DNA of 64,000 nucleotides from Methanocaldococcus sp. 28A (GTDB lineage Archaea > AGJL01 > Methanococci > Methanococcales > Methanocaldococcaceae), in assembly GCA_049852185.1 (NCBI GenBank), contig CP187540.1; one strand, 5' to 3'. Positions 10,351 to 20,637 of this stretch are shown one piece after another (the first letter of the stretch is position 1; every line of letters starts with the position of its first letter). A program made the translations under genes and the position numbers. A model generated the notes under the pieces. It ran no database searches, was not told the origin of the DNA, and saw only the letters and a list, made by a program, of their open reading frames with translations.

Positions 10351-10833
10351 TTGGTTATGTTAAAGCTTCCAGAAGAGTTGAGGGAAAAATTAAAAAAGCC
10401 CTTTGGAAAAGTATATAAAACACTACCAGATATAGATGGAGATATTGTAACTGTTGGAGATATTGTAACAAAAACTGTAATTGAAAACAACATAATCCCA
10501 AAACTTTCCATTTTTGATTTAAAAACTCAAAGAGATATTCCTGTTGAGATAAACCATATATTCAAAAAAATTATTAAGGTAAAAAATCCTCCTGGATACA
10601 TATCTGATGAAGCAATAGAAAGTATTAAATATCTATCTACAATAAATGATAAAGACATTGCTCTACTGGTTGATGGTGAGGAAGACCTCCTTACTTTAAT
10701 TGTTATCAAATTCTTTCCTATTGGAACTTATGTTTTATATGGACAACCTAATGAAGGTATCGTTATTTTAAAAATAGATAAAAAACTAAAACAAGAAATT
10801 GAAGAAATATTAAAACAATTCACAAAAATTTAA
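10351..10833 (+). CDS. GTP-dependent dephospho-CoA kinase (DUF359)
   Basis: [28 protein letters not shown]; conserved rpoE-spt4-DUF359-S24e context. Confidence 0.9.
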   Translation: MVMLKLPEELREKLKKPFGKVYKTLPDIDGDIVTVGDIVTKTVIENNIIPKLSIFDLKTQRDIPVEINHIFKKIIKVKNPPGYISDEAIESIKYLSTINDKDIALLVDGEEDLLTLIVIKFFPIGTYVLYGQPNEGIVILKIDKKLKQEIEEILKQFTKI

Positions 10834-10844
10834 GAGGGGATAAT

Positions 10845-11150
10845 ATGGAAATAAAAATATTATCAGAAAGATACAATCCATTATTGAAAAGAAAAGAATA
10901 CAGATTCATTGTAGACCACGATGGAGCAACACCGACCTTTAAAGATGTTAAGTTAAAGCTCGCAGCAATATTAAATGCAAATAAAGATTTATTGATTGTT
11001 GAAAAAATTGTTGAAGAAGCTGGAATGCAGAGAGCAAGAGGTTATGCTAAACTTTATGACAATGAGGAAATGTTGAAATTAATTGAAAGAGAACACATTT
11101 TAAGAAAAAATAAAATAGAAGAAGAAACAGCTGCTGAGGAGGGAGAATAA
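10845..11150 (+). CDS. rps24e: 30S ribosomal protein S24e
   Basis: NPLLKRKE, GATPT, GYAKLY motifs. Confidence 0.96.
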   Translation: MEIKILSERYNPLLKRKEYRFIVDHDGATPTFKDVKLKLAAILNANKDLLIVEKIVEEAGMQRARGYAKLYDNEEMLKLIEREHILRKNKIEEETAAEEGE

Positions 11151-11332
11151 TGACAAAAGGTAAAAAAACAGCAAAATACAAATATTACAAAATTGAAGGA
11201 GATAAAGTAGTAAGGTTGAAAAAGGTTTGTCCAAAATGTGGGCCTGGAGTTTTCATGGCTGAGCACTTAAACAGATACGCTTGTGGAAAATGTGGTTATA
11301 TGGAATGGAAACAGCCACAAAAGAATGAATAA
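11150..11332 (+). CDS. rps27ae: 30S ribosomal protein S27ae
   Basis: CPKCGPGVFMAEH...CGKCG zinc ribbon. Confidence 0.96.
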   Translation: MTKGKKTAKYKYYKIEGDKVVRLKKVCPKCGPGVFMAEHLNRYACGKCGYMEWKQPQKNE

Positions 11333-11340
11333 AATTTAAT

Positions 11341-12366
11341 TTAATGTTCTAATTCCTCTTTTAATTCCAATATGTTCATAGCTCTCAATATGTCTGTTTT
11401 TGATATTATTCCTTTTAATTTGCCATCTTCCACAACAAACACTCTATCAGTATAGGCCATTTTTCTTAGAATGTCGTTTATATCGGTATCTTCATCAACT
11501 ACTACAGGTTTTTGCATATAATCTCTAACAGTTCCTTCTTTTTTGTGTATGTTATTTATCCCTATACAGCCTACTAATTTTCCATTTTCAACTACTGGGT
11601 ATCCAAAATACTTATGTTTAAGCATAAAATCTAAAAACTCCTCAACACTCATATCTGGAGTTACACATACTGGATTTAATGTCATAATGTCCTTTGCTTT
11701 AATATTCTTAAATATCGTCTCAATTTCTACTATTTTACTTTCTTGTTCAGCTCCAAAATAGACAAATAAGCTAACTAAAATTAATATAATATTCATTGAT
11801 AAAAGTCCTAATATTAACATGATTAAAGCTAAGCTCTTTCCAATATTTGCTGCTATCTTTGTTGATTTTAAATAACCATACTTTTTTGATAAAATAGCTC
11901 TTAAAATTCTACCTCCATCCATTGGAAATGCTGGAATCAAATTAAAACTCCCAAGCATTAAGTTTAATAAGCTTAAGGTGTATAATAAAGGATATCCATT
12001 TATGTTTACATCAAAAAATTGAGATATAATTAATAAAGTTATCCCAATGATAAAGCTAACTAAAGGTCCTGCCAAACCAATTTTCAACTCTCCCTCTTTT
12101 GGAATTTTATCCATCATTGCAACTCCACCAATTGGCAATAGCAAGATTTTCTCTATTTTTACTCCATACTTTTTAGCAACATAACTATGCCCAAGTTCAT
12201 GCAAAACAACAGATACAAACAATAAAATAAATAGAACAGCCCAAAATATGCTGTTATTTATTATAGATAGGGCAATAACTATTACCAAAAATAAAATAAA
12301 GGTTATATGCAGCTCTATTGGAATTCCCATAATTTTGAACAATCTTATTGAATAATTCATACCCAT
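11341..12366 (-). CDS. Site-2 (M50) intramembrane zinc metalloprotease with CBS pair
   Basis: HELGH, NLIPAFPMDGG, C-terminal CBS domains. Confidence 0.95.
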   Translation of the reverse strand: MGMNYSIRLFKIMGIPIELHITFILFLVIVIALSIINNSIFWAVLFILLFVSVVLHELGHSYVAKKYGVKIEKILLLPIGGVAMMDKIPKEGELKIGLAGPLVSFIIGITLLIISQFFDVNINGYPLLYTLSLLNLMLGSFNLIPAFPMDGGRILRAILSKKYGYLKSTKIAANIGKSLALIMLILGLLSMNIILILVSLFVYFGAEQESKIVEIETIFKNIKAKDIMTLNPVCVTPDMSVEEFLDFMLKHKYFGYPVVENGKLVGCIGINNIHKKEGTVRDYMQKPVVVDEDTDINDILRKMAYTDRVFVVEDGKLKGIISKTDILRAMNILELKEELEH

Positions 12367-12449
12367 CTCCTATTTTTATTTTAATTACACTTTTAATATC
12401 TATCACTATATATTACTATTTCATAGCATATTTATGATGGTGAAAATCT

Positions 12450-12992
12450 ATGATTTCAGATGAAGAATTTATAAGAAAAGATAAAGTTCCAATAACAAAA
12501 GAAGAAATTAGGGCTGTAAGTATTGGGAAATTAAATTTAGATAAAGATGATGTTGTTGTAGATATTGGTTGTGGGAGTGGAGGAATGACAGTTGAGATAG
12601 CTAAAAGATGCAAGTTTGTATATGCAATAGATTACGTGGATGAGGCTATTGAATTAACTAAACAAAATTTAGCCAAATTTAATATTAAAAACTGCCAAGT
12701 CATAAAAGGAAGGGCGGAAGATATTCTATATAACTTAGAGTTTAACAAAGCTTTTATAGGTGGAACTAAGAATATTGAAAAAATAATTGAAATTTTAGAT
12801 AAAAAAGGTATAAATCATATTGTTGCAAATACAATTGTTTTAGAGAATGCAGTAAAAATAATGAACAAATTAGAAAATAATGGCTATAATGTTGAAGCTG
12901 TTAATGTTCTTATTTCTTACAGCAAAAAAATCTCTTCTGGACACATGTTTTTGGCAAAGAATCCAATAACCATAATAAAAGCTGTCAGGTAG
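12450..12992 (+). CDS. cbiT: Cobalt-precorrin-6B C15-methyltransferase (decarboxylating)
   Basis: PITKEEIRAVS, DIGCGSGG, FIGG, NPI motifs. Confidence 0.93.
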   Translation: MISDEEFIRKDKVPITKEEIRAVSIGKLNLDKDDVVVDIGCGSGGMTVEIAKRCKFVYAIDYVDEAIELTKQNLAKFNIKNCQVIKGRAEDILYNLEFNKAFIGGTKNIEKIIEILDKKGINHIVANTIVLENAVKIMNKLENNGYNVEAVNVLISYSKKISSGHMFLAKNPITIIKAVR

Positions 12993-12999
12993 ATTAAGT

Positions 13000-13125
13000 A
13001 TGGTAGAGAAAATAATGCTCTCAATACAAAATCCAGAAAGCATTTTAATTTCCTATGTTGATATTTATTTAGGAGATAAAAATGTTTCATTGGAAGTTTT
13101 ATCTAAAGACAATGCTAAGATCTAA
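13000..13125 (+). pseudogene. 41-codon ORF, probably a truncated hypothetical gene
   Basis: MVEKIMLSIQNPESILISYVDIYLGDKNVSLEVLSKDNAKI*, right after cbiT, stops 6 bp before a palindromic repeat. Confidence 0.5.
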
Positions 13126-13130
13126 CTTAA

Positions 13131-13224
13131 ATAGGACTTTCGTAGGTATAAACATTAAAAGGCATATTTGATGCCAAAGGCATCATATTTTCATTACTCA
13201 ATATCCAAACTGCGGAAGTCTTAT
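13131..13224. repeat. Palindromic dispersed repeat, family B (ATAGGACTTTCG...CGAAAGTCCTAT termini)
   Basis: Imperfect terminal inverted repeats plus central hairpin GATGCCAAAGGCATC. Confidence 0.8.
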
Positions 13225-14153
13225 TATAGCTTTTTTCTAATTGGCTCTAAAATCTTTATAAGCTCTTCAGCTACAGCATTTTTTAAATCCACTGGATGGA
13301 GTTCTTTATTTTTAAATAACTCCTCCAATTCTTTATAATTATTAACGGTTAAATCCCCACCAAATTTTTCTGGTCTATTTATAGTTAAAGGATATTCAAG
13401 GAAATATTTAGCAATTTCCATTATAGGATTTCCTTCAACAACTCCAGCAGGGCAGTAAGCTTTTCTAATTTTTTCTCTAATCTTTTCTGGAGAGTCATCA
13501 ACCGCTATAAAGTTTCCTTTTGAAGAACTCATCTTTCCTTCTCCATCTAAACCTGTCAATACAGGATTGTGAATGCAAACAACCTTTTTTGGTAAAAGCT
13601 CCCTTGCTAACATGTGTATCTTTCTCTGCTCCATTCCTCCAACTGCAACATCAACATCTAAGTAATAAATATCATTAACTTGCATTATTGGATAGATAAC
13701 TTCAGCAACCTTTGGGTTTTCATCCTCTCTTGCTATAAGCTCCATACTCCTTCTTGCTCTCTTTAAAGTAGTTTTTAAAGCTAATTTATAGACATTTAGT
13801 GTATAATCTTTCTCTAATTGAAACTCACTACCATAAACATATTTTGCCTTTAATCCCATTGCCTCAAAAACTCTTCTGTTATATTCACCAATCTCTCTAA
13901 TCTCATCTAACTCTCCTTTCTGGTTTAAATATGCATGCAAATCAGCTAACAATATGATTATATCAAATCCTGCATTTTGTAAATCAATCATCTTTTTTAT
14001 TTGCAAATAATGCCCTAAATGAATTTTACCACTAGGTTCAAAACCTATGTATGCTTTTTTATCTTTTTTCTTTAAAACCTCTTTTAACTCTTCTTCACTA
14101 ACTATTTCAACAGTGTTTCTCTTTATCATCTCAAATTCATCCATATCCTTCAC
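13224..14153 (-). CDS. tyrS: Tyrosine--tRNA ligase
   Basis: [27 protein letters not shown]; true start probably MDEFEMIKR at 14144. Confidence 0.98.
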   Translation of the reverse strand: MKDMDEFEMIKRNTVEIVSEEELKEVLKKKDKKAYIGFEPSGKIHLGHYLQIKKMIDLQNAGFDIIILLADLHAYLNQKGELDEIREIGEYNRRVFEAMGLKAKYVYGSEFQLEKDYTLNVYKLALKTTLKRARRSMELIAREDENPKVAEVIYPIMQVNDIYYLDVDVAVGGMEQRKIHMLARELLPKKVVCIHNPVLTGLDGEGKMSSSKGNFIAVDDSPEKIREKIRKAYCPAGVVEGNPIMEIAKYFLEYPLTINRPEKFGGDLTVNNYKELEELFKNKELHPVDLKNAVAEELIKILEPIRKKL

Positions 14154-14193
14154 CCTAACGTCTTATTAAAATTATAAGAATAAAGTGAATACT

Positions 14194-14293
14194 ATAAGAC
14201 TTTTGTAAAGATAAATTTTTTATTGGACAATGGACACTTTAAGGTGTCTAAATTCCAAATTAATATTAATATATGACACTGCGAAAGTCCTAT
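14194..14293. repeat. Palindromic dispersed repeat, family B
   Basis: ATAAGACTTTTG...CTGCGAAAGTCCTAT with central GACACTTTAAGGTGTC. Confidence 0.8.
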
Positions 14294-14343
14294 ATATATT
14301 CAGTCATTCATAATTTATAATTTCAGAACTTTTTGGTGGTATC

Positions 14344-14967
14344 ATGAAGAAGATTATTTCATCAAAAGTTAATTGTGATGAAGAACTTTTGGAGCTTTGC
14401 GAGAGATTGTCAAGGTTAAATATTGACTGCACAATAGTATCAAAAGGAAACCGTGTAAGAATATATGTATTTGGATATGATAAAGATTCTTTAAATGAAA
14501 ACTATAGAGCGGTAATGAACTTAATGGATAAAGTTAGGAAAAAGTATAGAAAAGATAAAGAAGGATTATACGAATATTCATTATCAGAACTTAAATATCC
14601 AGTTAATAAAAACTTGGTTATTGATGCATTAAAACATTTAGGGTATAAGATTATATACTTAGAGGATGAGAATGCTATAAAAACAGATGTAGATATTAAT
14701 AAATTTAATGAAATATTGGAAGAGCTTCATGAGCTATATCAAGAGTTAAGATTTTCAAATCTTGGTTCAAAACCTGTCAAAAATTTGGTTGTATTAGTTT
14801 CATACATTACTAAAAAACCAATTGACAATGTTATTGAAGAAGCTTTAGAAAAAGGATTCTTTAGAGAAGAGGAAGGAATAATTGTATTAAACAAAGATAT
14901 AAACTTAGCTAAAAAAGTTCTATTGGAGGGAGAAGATGGAAATAAAGATATTAGAGAGAAAGGATAA
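14344..14967 (+). CDS. Conserved archaeal hypothetical protein (DUF2067-like)
   Basis: Long ORF with RBS, overlapping rpoL in its usual position. Confidence 0.7.
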   Translation: MKKIISSKVNCDEELLELCERLSRLNIDCTIVSKGNRVRIYVFGYDKDSLNENYRAVMNLMDKVRKKYRKDKEGLYEYSLSELKYPVNKNLVIDALKHLGYKIIYLEDENAIKTDVDINKFNEILEELHELYQELRFSNLGSKPVKNLVVLVSYITKKPIDNVIEEALEKGFFREEEGIIVLNKDINLAKKVLLEGEDGNKDIREKG

Positions 14968-15235
14968 TTTGATTGAAATTGAGCTAATTAACGAAGACCA
15001 CTCACTACCTAATTTATTGAAAGATATTTTATTAACAAAAGAAGGAGTAAAGATGGCTTCTTACTCTATAGACCATCCATTATTACACCCAGAAACTGGG
15101 AGATATATATCAAACCCAAAAATAACTATAATTACTGAAGAAGGTACAGACCCTATAGAGGTTTTAAAAGAAGGATTAAAAGATATTATTGAAATGTGTA
15201 ATACTTTATTGGATGAATTAAAGAAAAACAAATAA
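14936..15235 (+). CDS. rpoL: RNA polymerase subunit Rpo11 (L)
   Basis: EDHSLPNLL, ASYSIDHPL motifs. Confidence 0.95.
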   Translation: MEIKILERKDNLIEIELINEDHSLPNLLKDILLTKEGVKMASYSIDHPLLHPETGRYISNPKITIITEEGTDPIEVLKEGLKDIIEMCNTLLDELKKNK

Positions 15236-15382
15236 AAACCAAACTTTAACTCTTTTATTATATAACTTTTGCAGGAATAAATAAATATAATAATGAACTT
15301 TGATGTCCTTTGAACATCTATACCTGTTAAAAATGCAATAATAATATTTACAACTATTGAATATATGAATCTAATGGGCTTC

Positions 15383-15460
15383 AAGACTTTCACAATACCT
15401 ACTTAAAGTGCATTCAGACAGTTAATTCCTTAAATAAATGTTAAACTGCGAAGGTCCTAT
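15383..15460. repeat. Family B repeat variant; inverted homologue at ~61719..61784
   Basis: AAGACTTTCAC...CTGCGAAGGTCCTAT; internal TTAAGGAATTAACT shared with the 61.7-kb copy. Confidence 0.7.
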
Positions 15461-15583
15461 AATCATTAACCGAAAATTTTATATATGGTGTTAGCTATCT
15501 TAGCAATATAAAAATTTTTAATATAATTTTGCATTTACTATTTAAAAAACAGAATACCTTCTCTTTTCAATATATAAAAAAAT

Positions 15584-15697
15584 TATTGTTGTGTGCAAAA
15601 TAAAATAGACTTTAAAAAGGTTAATTTGAATGCCTTCCAAAAGGAAGACATTCATTAATACCTTATTTTAATTAAGATAGTTTTGCACAAAACTATA
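15584..15697. repeat. Palindromic dispersed repeat, family A (TATAGTTGTGTGCAAAA...TTTTGCACACAACTATA)
   Basis: Terminal inverted repeats plus central GAATGCCTTCC-AAAA-GGAAGACATTC; followed by a family B right end at 15722-15738. Confidence 0.85.
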
Positions 15698-15821
15698 AAA
15701 TGAAGCCTTTAAAACATTTGTTCCTGCGAAAGTCCTATTCAATTATTTAAGTGTAAAATATTTATATTAGATGTTATATAATATGGATGCTTTTTACGCA
15801 TAATATAAAAAAGAAAGGAGG

Positions 15822-16487
15822 ATGAGTATGGACAGAGAAGCACTGTTGCAAGCGGTGAAGGAGGCTCGCGAACTCGCGAAGCCGAGAAACTTCACACAGT
15901 CATTTGAATTCATAGCAACCCTCAAAGAGATTGACATGAGGAAGCCAGAGAACAGAATAAAGACTGAAGTAGTGCTTCCTCATGGAAGAGGGAAAGAAGC
16001 TAAAATAGCTGTTATTGGAACTGGTGACTTAGCTAAACAAGCTGAAGAATTAGGTTTAACAGTTATTAGAAAAGAAGAAATTGAAGAGTTAGGTAAGAAT
16101 AAAAGAAAATTAAGAAAAATAGCTAATGCTCATGACTTCTTTATAGCTCAAGCTGATTTAATGCCATTGATTGGTAGATATATGGGGGTTATATTGGGTC
16201 CAAGAGGAAAGATGCCAAAACCAGTTCCTGCTAACGCAAACATAGCTCCATTAGTTGAAAGATTAAAGAAAACAGTTGTCATAAATACAAGAGATAAGCC
16301 ATACTTCCAAGTATTAGTTGGAAACGAAAAAATGACTGATGAGCAAATAGTCGATAACATAGAGGCAGTTTTAAACGTTGTAGCTAAGAAGTATGAAAAA
16401 GGTCTCTACCACTTAAAAGATGCTTATGTTAAGTTAACCATGGGTCCAGCTGTAAAAGTTAAAAAAGAGAAATCTAAGAAAAGATAA
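15822..16487 (+). CDS. rpl1: 50S ribosomal protein L1
   Basis: [23 protein letters not shown]. Confidence 0.98.
   Translation: MSMDREALLQAVKEARELAKPRNFTQSFEFIATLKEIDMRKPENRIKTEVVLPHGRGKEAKIAVIGTGDLAKQAEELGLTVIRKEEIEELGKNKRKLRKIANAHDFFIAQADLMPLIGRYMGVILGPRGKMPKPVPANANIAPLVERLKKTVVINTRDKPYFQVLVGNEKMTDEQIVDNIEAVLNVVAKKYEKGLYHLKDAYVKLTMGPAVKVKKEKSKKR
15855..15895 (+). promoter_or_regulatory. L1 autoregulatory binding site within the rpl1 mRNA
   Basis: GTGAAGGAGGCTCGCGAACTCGCGAAGCCGAGAAACTTCAC hairpin ~30 nt after the start; matches the Methanococcales L1-operon operator as I recall it. Confidence 0.85.
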
Positions 16488-16505
16488 AAACTCTAAATAA
16501 TAAAA

Positions 16506-17537
16506 GTGAAGGGGATAGAAATGGAAACAAAAGTGAAAGCTCATGTAGCCCCATGGAAGATTGAGGAAGTTAAAACACTAAAGGGGCTCATTAAAAGTAA
16601 GCCTGTAGTAGCTATTGTAGATATGATGGATGTTCCTGCCCCTCAATTACAAGAAATTAGAGACAAAATTAGAGATAAAGTAAAATTGAGAATGTCAAGA
16701 AACACCTTAATCATAAGAGCTTTAAAAGAAGCTGCTGAAGAATTAAACAATCCAAAATTAGCTGAGTTAGCAAATTATGTTGAGAGAGGGGCAGCAATAT
16801 TAGTTACTGACATGAACCCATTCAAGTTATACAAAATGTTGGAAGAGAATAAAAGTCCAGCTCCAGTAAGAGGAGGACAAATAGCTCCTTGTGACATTAA
16901 AGTTGAGAAAGGTTCAACTGGAATGCCTCCAGGACCTTTCTTAGGAGAGCTTAAGAGTGTAGGTATTCCAGCAGCAATAGAAAAAGGTAAGATAGCTATT
17001 AAAGAAGATAAAGTTGTTGTTAAAAAAGGAGAAGTAGTTTCACCAAAATTAGCAGCTGTCTTAGATAGATTAGGAATTAAGCCAATAAAAGTCGGTTTAA
17101 ACATTTTGGCAGTTTATGAAGATGGTATCATCTATACTCCAGATGTCTTAAAAGTTGATGAAGAGAAATTATTAGCTGATATACAAGCTGCTTACCAAAA
17201 TGCATTTAACTTGGCATTCAACACAGCATACCCAGCAAAAGAAGTATTGCCTTTCTTAATACAGAAGGCATTCTTAGATGCTAGAGCTTTATCAATAGAG
17301 ACAGCATTCGTAACAAAAGAAACTGCTGGAGATATATTAGCAAAAGCTCAAGCTCAGGCATTAGCCTTAGCTTCAAAATTGCCTGACGAAGCATTAGATG
17401 AAGACATTAAAGCTAAGTTATCCTCAGTAGAAGTTTCAGCTGCTCCAGTAGCTGAAGAGAAGAAAGAAGAAGAGAAAAAAGAGGAAGAGAAGAAAAAAGA
17501 AGACACTGGAGCTATTGGATTAGCTCTATTATTCTAA
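16506..17537 (+). CDS. rpl10: 50S ribosomal protein L10 (P0)
   Basis: [14 protein letters not shown], acidic tail; true start probably 16521. Confidence 0.97.
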   Translation: MKGIEMETKVKAHVAPWKIEEVKTLKGLIKSKPVVAIVDMMDVPAPQLQEIRDKIRDKVKLRMSRNTLIIRALKEAAEELNNPKLAELANYVERGAAILVTDMNPFKLYKMLEENKSPAPVRGGQIAPCDIKVEKGSTGMPPGPFLGELKSVGIPAAIEKGKIAIKEDKVVVKKGEVVSPKLAAVLDRLGIKPIKVGLNILAVYEDGIIYTPDVLKVDEEKLLADIQAAYQNAFNLAFNTAYPAKEVLPFLIQKAFLDARALSIETAFVTKETAGDILAKAQAQALALASKLPDEALDEDIKAKLSSVEVSAAPVAEEKKEEEKKEEEKKKEDTGAIGLALLF

Positions 17538-17679
17538 CCGAAAAATATAAATAACTAATTATAAATAGTGAATTGCAAATCTATTTCAATTTGTTGTTTG
17601 GATATTAGCAATTATAGTAGTGTACAAAATAAAATAAACACAACATAACTACTAAAATAGAAACTTGGAGGTGTAGATT

Positions 17680-17985
17680 ATGGAATACATATACGCAGCT
17701 TTATTATTGCACAGTGCAGGAAAAGAAATCACAGAAGATGCAATTAAAGCAGTTTTATCAGCTGCAGGTGTTGAGGTAGATGAAGCAAGAGTTAAAGCAT
17801 TAGTTGCTGGATTAGAAGGAATAGATATCGAAGAAGCTATCGCAAATGCTGCAATGCCTGTCGCTGCGGCTCCTGCTACTGCAGCTCCAGCAGCAGCTGA
17901 AGAGAAGAAAGAAGAAGAGAAAAAAGAAGAGAAGAAAGAAGACGAAGGAGCAGCTATTGCGGGATTGGCTGCTTTGTTCGGATAA
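17680..17985 (+). CDS. rpl12: 50S ribosomal protein L12 (P1)
   Basis: [11 protein letters not shown], Ala-rich hinge, GLAALFG. Confidence 0.98.
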   Translation: MEYIYAALLLHSAGKEITEDAIKAVLSAAGVEVDEARVKALVAGLEGIDIEEAIANAAMPVAAAPATAAPAAAEEKKEEEKKEEKKEDEGAAIAGLAALFG

Positions 17986-18108
17986 ATTATCTACTATTTT
18001 TTTATTTTTAAATACATCTATTTACTTAAATATATAAATTATATATAATATTTAAAATTATTTATATATAATGGGTTTTTATATAATGTTTAAAGTTATT
18101 TATAAAAT

Positions 18109-18663
18109 ATGGTGAAAATCATGGAACCAGAGATTAAAATTGTTAATGTTGTAGTTTCAACAAAAATTGGTGATAATATTGATTTAGAAGAGGTTGCTAT
18201 GATTTTAGAAAACGCTGAATACGAACCTGAACAATTTCCTGGATTGGTTTGTAGATTATCAGTTCCAAAAGTGGCTTTACTCATATTCAGAAGTGGTAAA
18301 GTAAATTGTACTGGAGCTAAAAGTAAGGAAGAGGCTGAGATAGCTATTAAAAAAATTATAAAAGAGTTAAAAGATGCAGGATTTGATGTTATTGAAAATC
18401 CAGAGATTAAAATTCAAAATATGGTTGCTACAGCTGATTTAGGAATTGAGCCTAATTTAGATGACATTGCATTAATGGTCGAAGGTACTGAGTATGAACC
18501 AGAACAATTCCCAGGTCTTGTTTATAGGTTAGATGACCCAAAGGTTGTTGTTTTAATCTTTGGAAGTGGTAAGGTTGTTATTACTGGTTTAAAAAGTGAA
18601 GAAGATGCTAAAAGAGCTTTAAAAAAGATTTTAGATACAATAAAAGAAGTTCAAGAACTTTAA
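18109..18663 (+). CDS. tbp: TATA-box binding protein
   Basis: Two YEPEQFPGLV repeats. Confidence 0.98.
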   Translation: MVKIMEPEIKIVNVVVSTKIGDNIDLEEVAMILENAEYEPEQFPGLVCRLSVPKVALLIFRSGKVNCTGAKSKEEAEIAIKKIIKELKDAGFDVIENPEIKIQNMVATADLGIEPNLDDIALMVEGTEYEPEQFPGLVYRLDDPKVVVLIFGSGKVVITGLKSEEDAKRALKKILDTIKEVQEL

Positions 18664-18678
18664 ATTTTAGGGATTGAA

Positions 18679-19269
18679 ATGATTGGCATCATAGATTACA
18701 ACGCTGGGAATTTGAGAAGTATTCAAAAAGCTGTAGAGCTTTATGATAAAGCAATAATAACAAACAACAGTGAAGAGCTATTAGCATGTGATAAGGTAAT
18801 TTTGCCAGGTGTAGGGAATTTTGGTAGTGCAATGGAAAACCTATCAAAATTAAAAGAGACAATATACAAAATCATTGATGATAAAGTTCCTTTCTTAGGG
18901 ATATGTTTAGGAATGCAAGTTTTATTTGAAGAAAGTGAAGAGAAAAAAGGAATAGAGGGATTAGGAATTATAAAAGGCAATGTAACTAAATTTAAAAATG
19001 TTGAAAAACTTCCACACATGGGATGGAATAATGTAAAGATAGTTAAAGACTGCCTATTGTTTGAGGGAATAAAAGATAACAGCTACTTTTACTTTGTCCA
19101 TTCATATCATGTAAATCCTTCTGAAGATTGTATTATTGGAGAGACAGAATATAATATATGGTTTCCAAGCGTTATAAATAAAGATAACATCTATGCTACT
19201 CAATTTCACCCAGAAAAAAGTGGAAAAATTGGATTAAAAATTATAGAAAACTTTGTTGAGTTATTATAA
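18679..19269 (+). CDS. hisH: Imidazole glycerol phosphate synthase subunit HisH
   Basis: LPGVG, GICLGMQ, PHMGWN, QFHPEKS. Confidence 0.97.
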   Translation: MIGIIDYNAGNLRSIQKAVELYDKAIITNNSEELLACDKVILPGVGNFGSAMENLSKLKETIYKIIDDKVPFLGICLGMQVLFEESEEKKGIEGLGIIKGNVTKFKNVEKLPHMGWNNVKIVKDCLLFEGIKDNSYFYFVHSYHVNPSEDCIIGETEYNIWFPSVINKDNIYATQFHPEKSGKIGLKIIENFVELL

Positions 19270-19273
19270 TAAT

Positions 19274-20023
19274 TTAATTTTTTGATGTTTCATTTAAAAA
19301 TTTATCTAAAAATTCTAAACCTCCACCATAATTTACAGCCTTTGGATGAATGGATAGAAAAAACTGTCGATTTTCTTTTATGCTTAGTTTATAATCAATT
19401 ATTGCAAGACATTCAGCTATTTTTTCTAAATACTTCGGAAGATACCATGTATATTCTCTATTTGTTATTTTAATAGAATATATTTTTCCATTCCTGTCTA
19501 TTATCATTTTGTTTTTTAGAATTATTGTCATATTTTTTTCTAAGAATAATTTTTCAGCGTCTTTTGATAATGCATATCTTGGTGGAATAAAGTATTTTAT
19601 TTCTTTAGGATTAAATCCACATTGTTCTAAAATTTTAAACGATTTATTTAGTTTTTCTTCTGCAACACTTTTATTGCAATTAAATTCATCTCCTATGTGA
19701 TTGTAAGCGTGAAACTCTATATGATAACCTTCTCTCTCCAATTTATGTAAATAAGCAGTAAATTCAGGATAATCCCTCAAATTATATTTATTTGCATGAT
19801 TAACAATTAAAAAAAGATATGTCCTATTTTGGTAATTATGCTTATTAATAATTTTTATAATTTCTTTTAATTCGTCAAAATATACTGGAGAAACATCATG
19901 GATTAATATTATAGGCTTATTTTGCTTATTTTGGCTACTGTCACTAAAAATAAAAGAAAACAAAATAATAAATAATATAAATATAGAAAATAAAAAAAGC
20001 AAAGTTTTATTCATAAGATTCAC
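19274..20023 (-). CDS. Membrane-anchored DUF2334 / polysaccharide-deacetylase-like protein
   Basis: N-terminal TM helix, IHDVSP, HAYNH, FIPP, SIHP. Confidence 0.75.
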   Translation of the reverse strand: MNLMNKTLLFLFSIFILFIILFSFIFSDSSQNKQNKPIILIHDVSPVYFDELKEIIKIINKHNYQNRTYLFLIVNHANKYNLRDYPEFTAYLHKLEREGYHIEFHAYNHIGDEFNCNKSVAEEKLNKSFKILEQCGFNPKEIKYFIPPRYALSKDAEKLFLEKNMTIILKNKMIIDRNGKIYSIKITNREYTWYLPKYLEKIAECLAIIDYKLSIKENRQFFLSIHPKAVNYGGGLEFLDKFLNETSKN

Positions 20024-20031
20024 TTAATTTA

Positions 20032-20613
20032 TTATTCTTCTTTTTTCTTTTTAATTCTTGGCATACATAAAATCTCTCTCGCCTCTATGTTAAAGAAAGT
20101 GTTCATATTAGCCGGCTTGATAACCATTGCTGTATCTGCTCCTCTACTTGTCCCTCCAATAGCTATAACTTCTTCTTTTGCCTTTATTAAACCAGCATCA
20201 CATGCCATAATTGTAATTTCATAGCAAACCTTAACCCCCTGCCCAAAAGTTCTTAAAGTTTCGGCTATAACTTGGACAGGTCCATAACCTCCCAACTTAT
20301 TTGAAATTCCTCTTTCAACTCCACTTAAAGCATGACTTCCCCTAAATACCTTAGCCCCTCTTTTCTTTAATTCTTCTTCAACCTCTTTATCCATTGAAAT
20401 TATATCCTCTCCATAGAATCCCTGATGATATGTAACAACAACAACATTTAAATCTAATTTTTCTTTCTCTAACAAGTCAAGTAATTTTTTAGCAGTCTCT
20501 CCTGTTGAAGATGCAACAACAATACTTTTTATATTCCCCTTCTTAGCTCTCTCTACAGCTATTTTTAATGTTTCATCAGTGTTCTGCTTTCCAGGATATT
20601 CAAAGAGTTTCAT
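20032..20613 (-). CDS. Pyruvate-kinase C-terminal-like domain protein
   Basis: [30 protein letters not shown]. Confidence 0.8.
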   Translation of the reverse strand: MKLFEYPGKQNTDETLKIAVERAKKGNIKSIVVASSTGETAKKLLDLLEKEKLDLNVVVVTYHQGFYGEDIISMDKEVEEELKKRGAKVFRGSHALSGVERGISNKLGGYGPVQVIAETLRTFGQGVKVCYEITIMACDAGLIKAKEEVIAIGGTSRGADTAMVIKPANMNTFFNIEAREILCMPRIKKKKEE

Positions 20614-20637
20614 ATTATCACCTACAACTATCTTATT

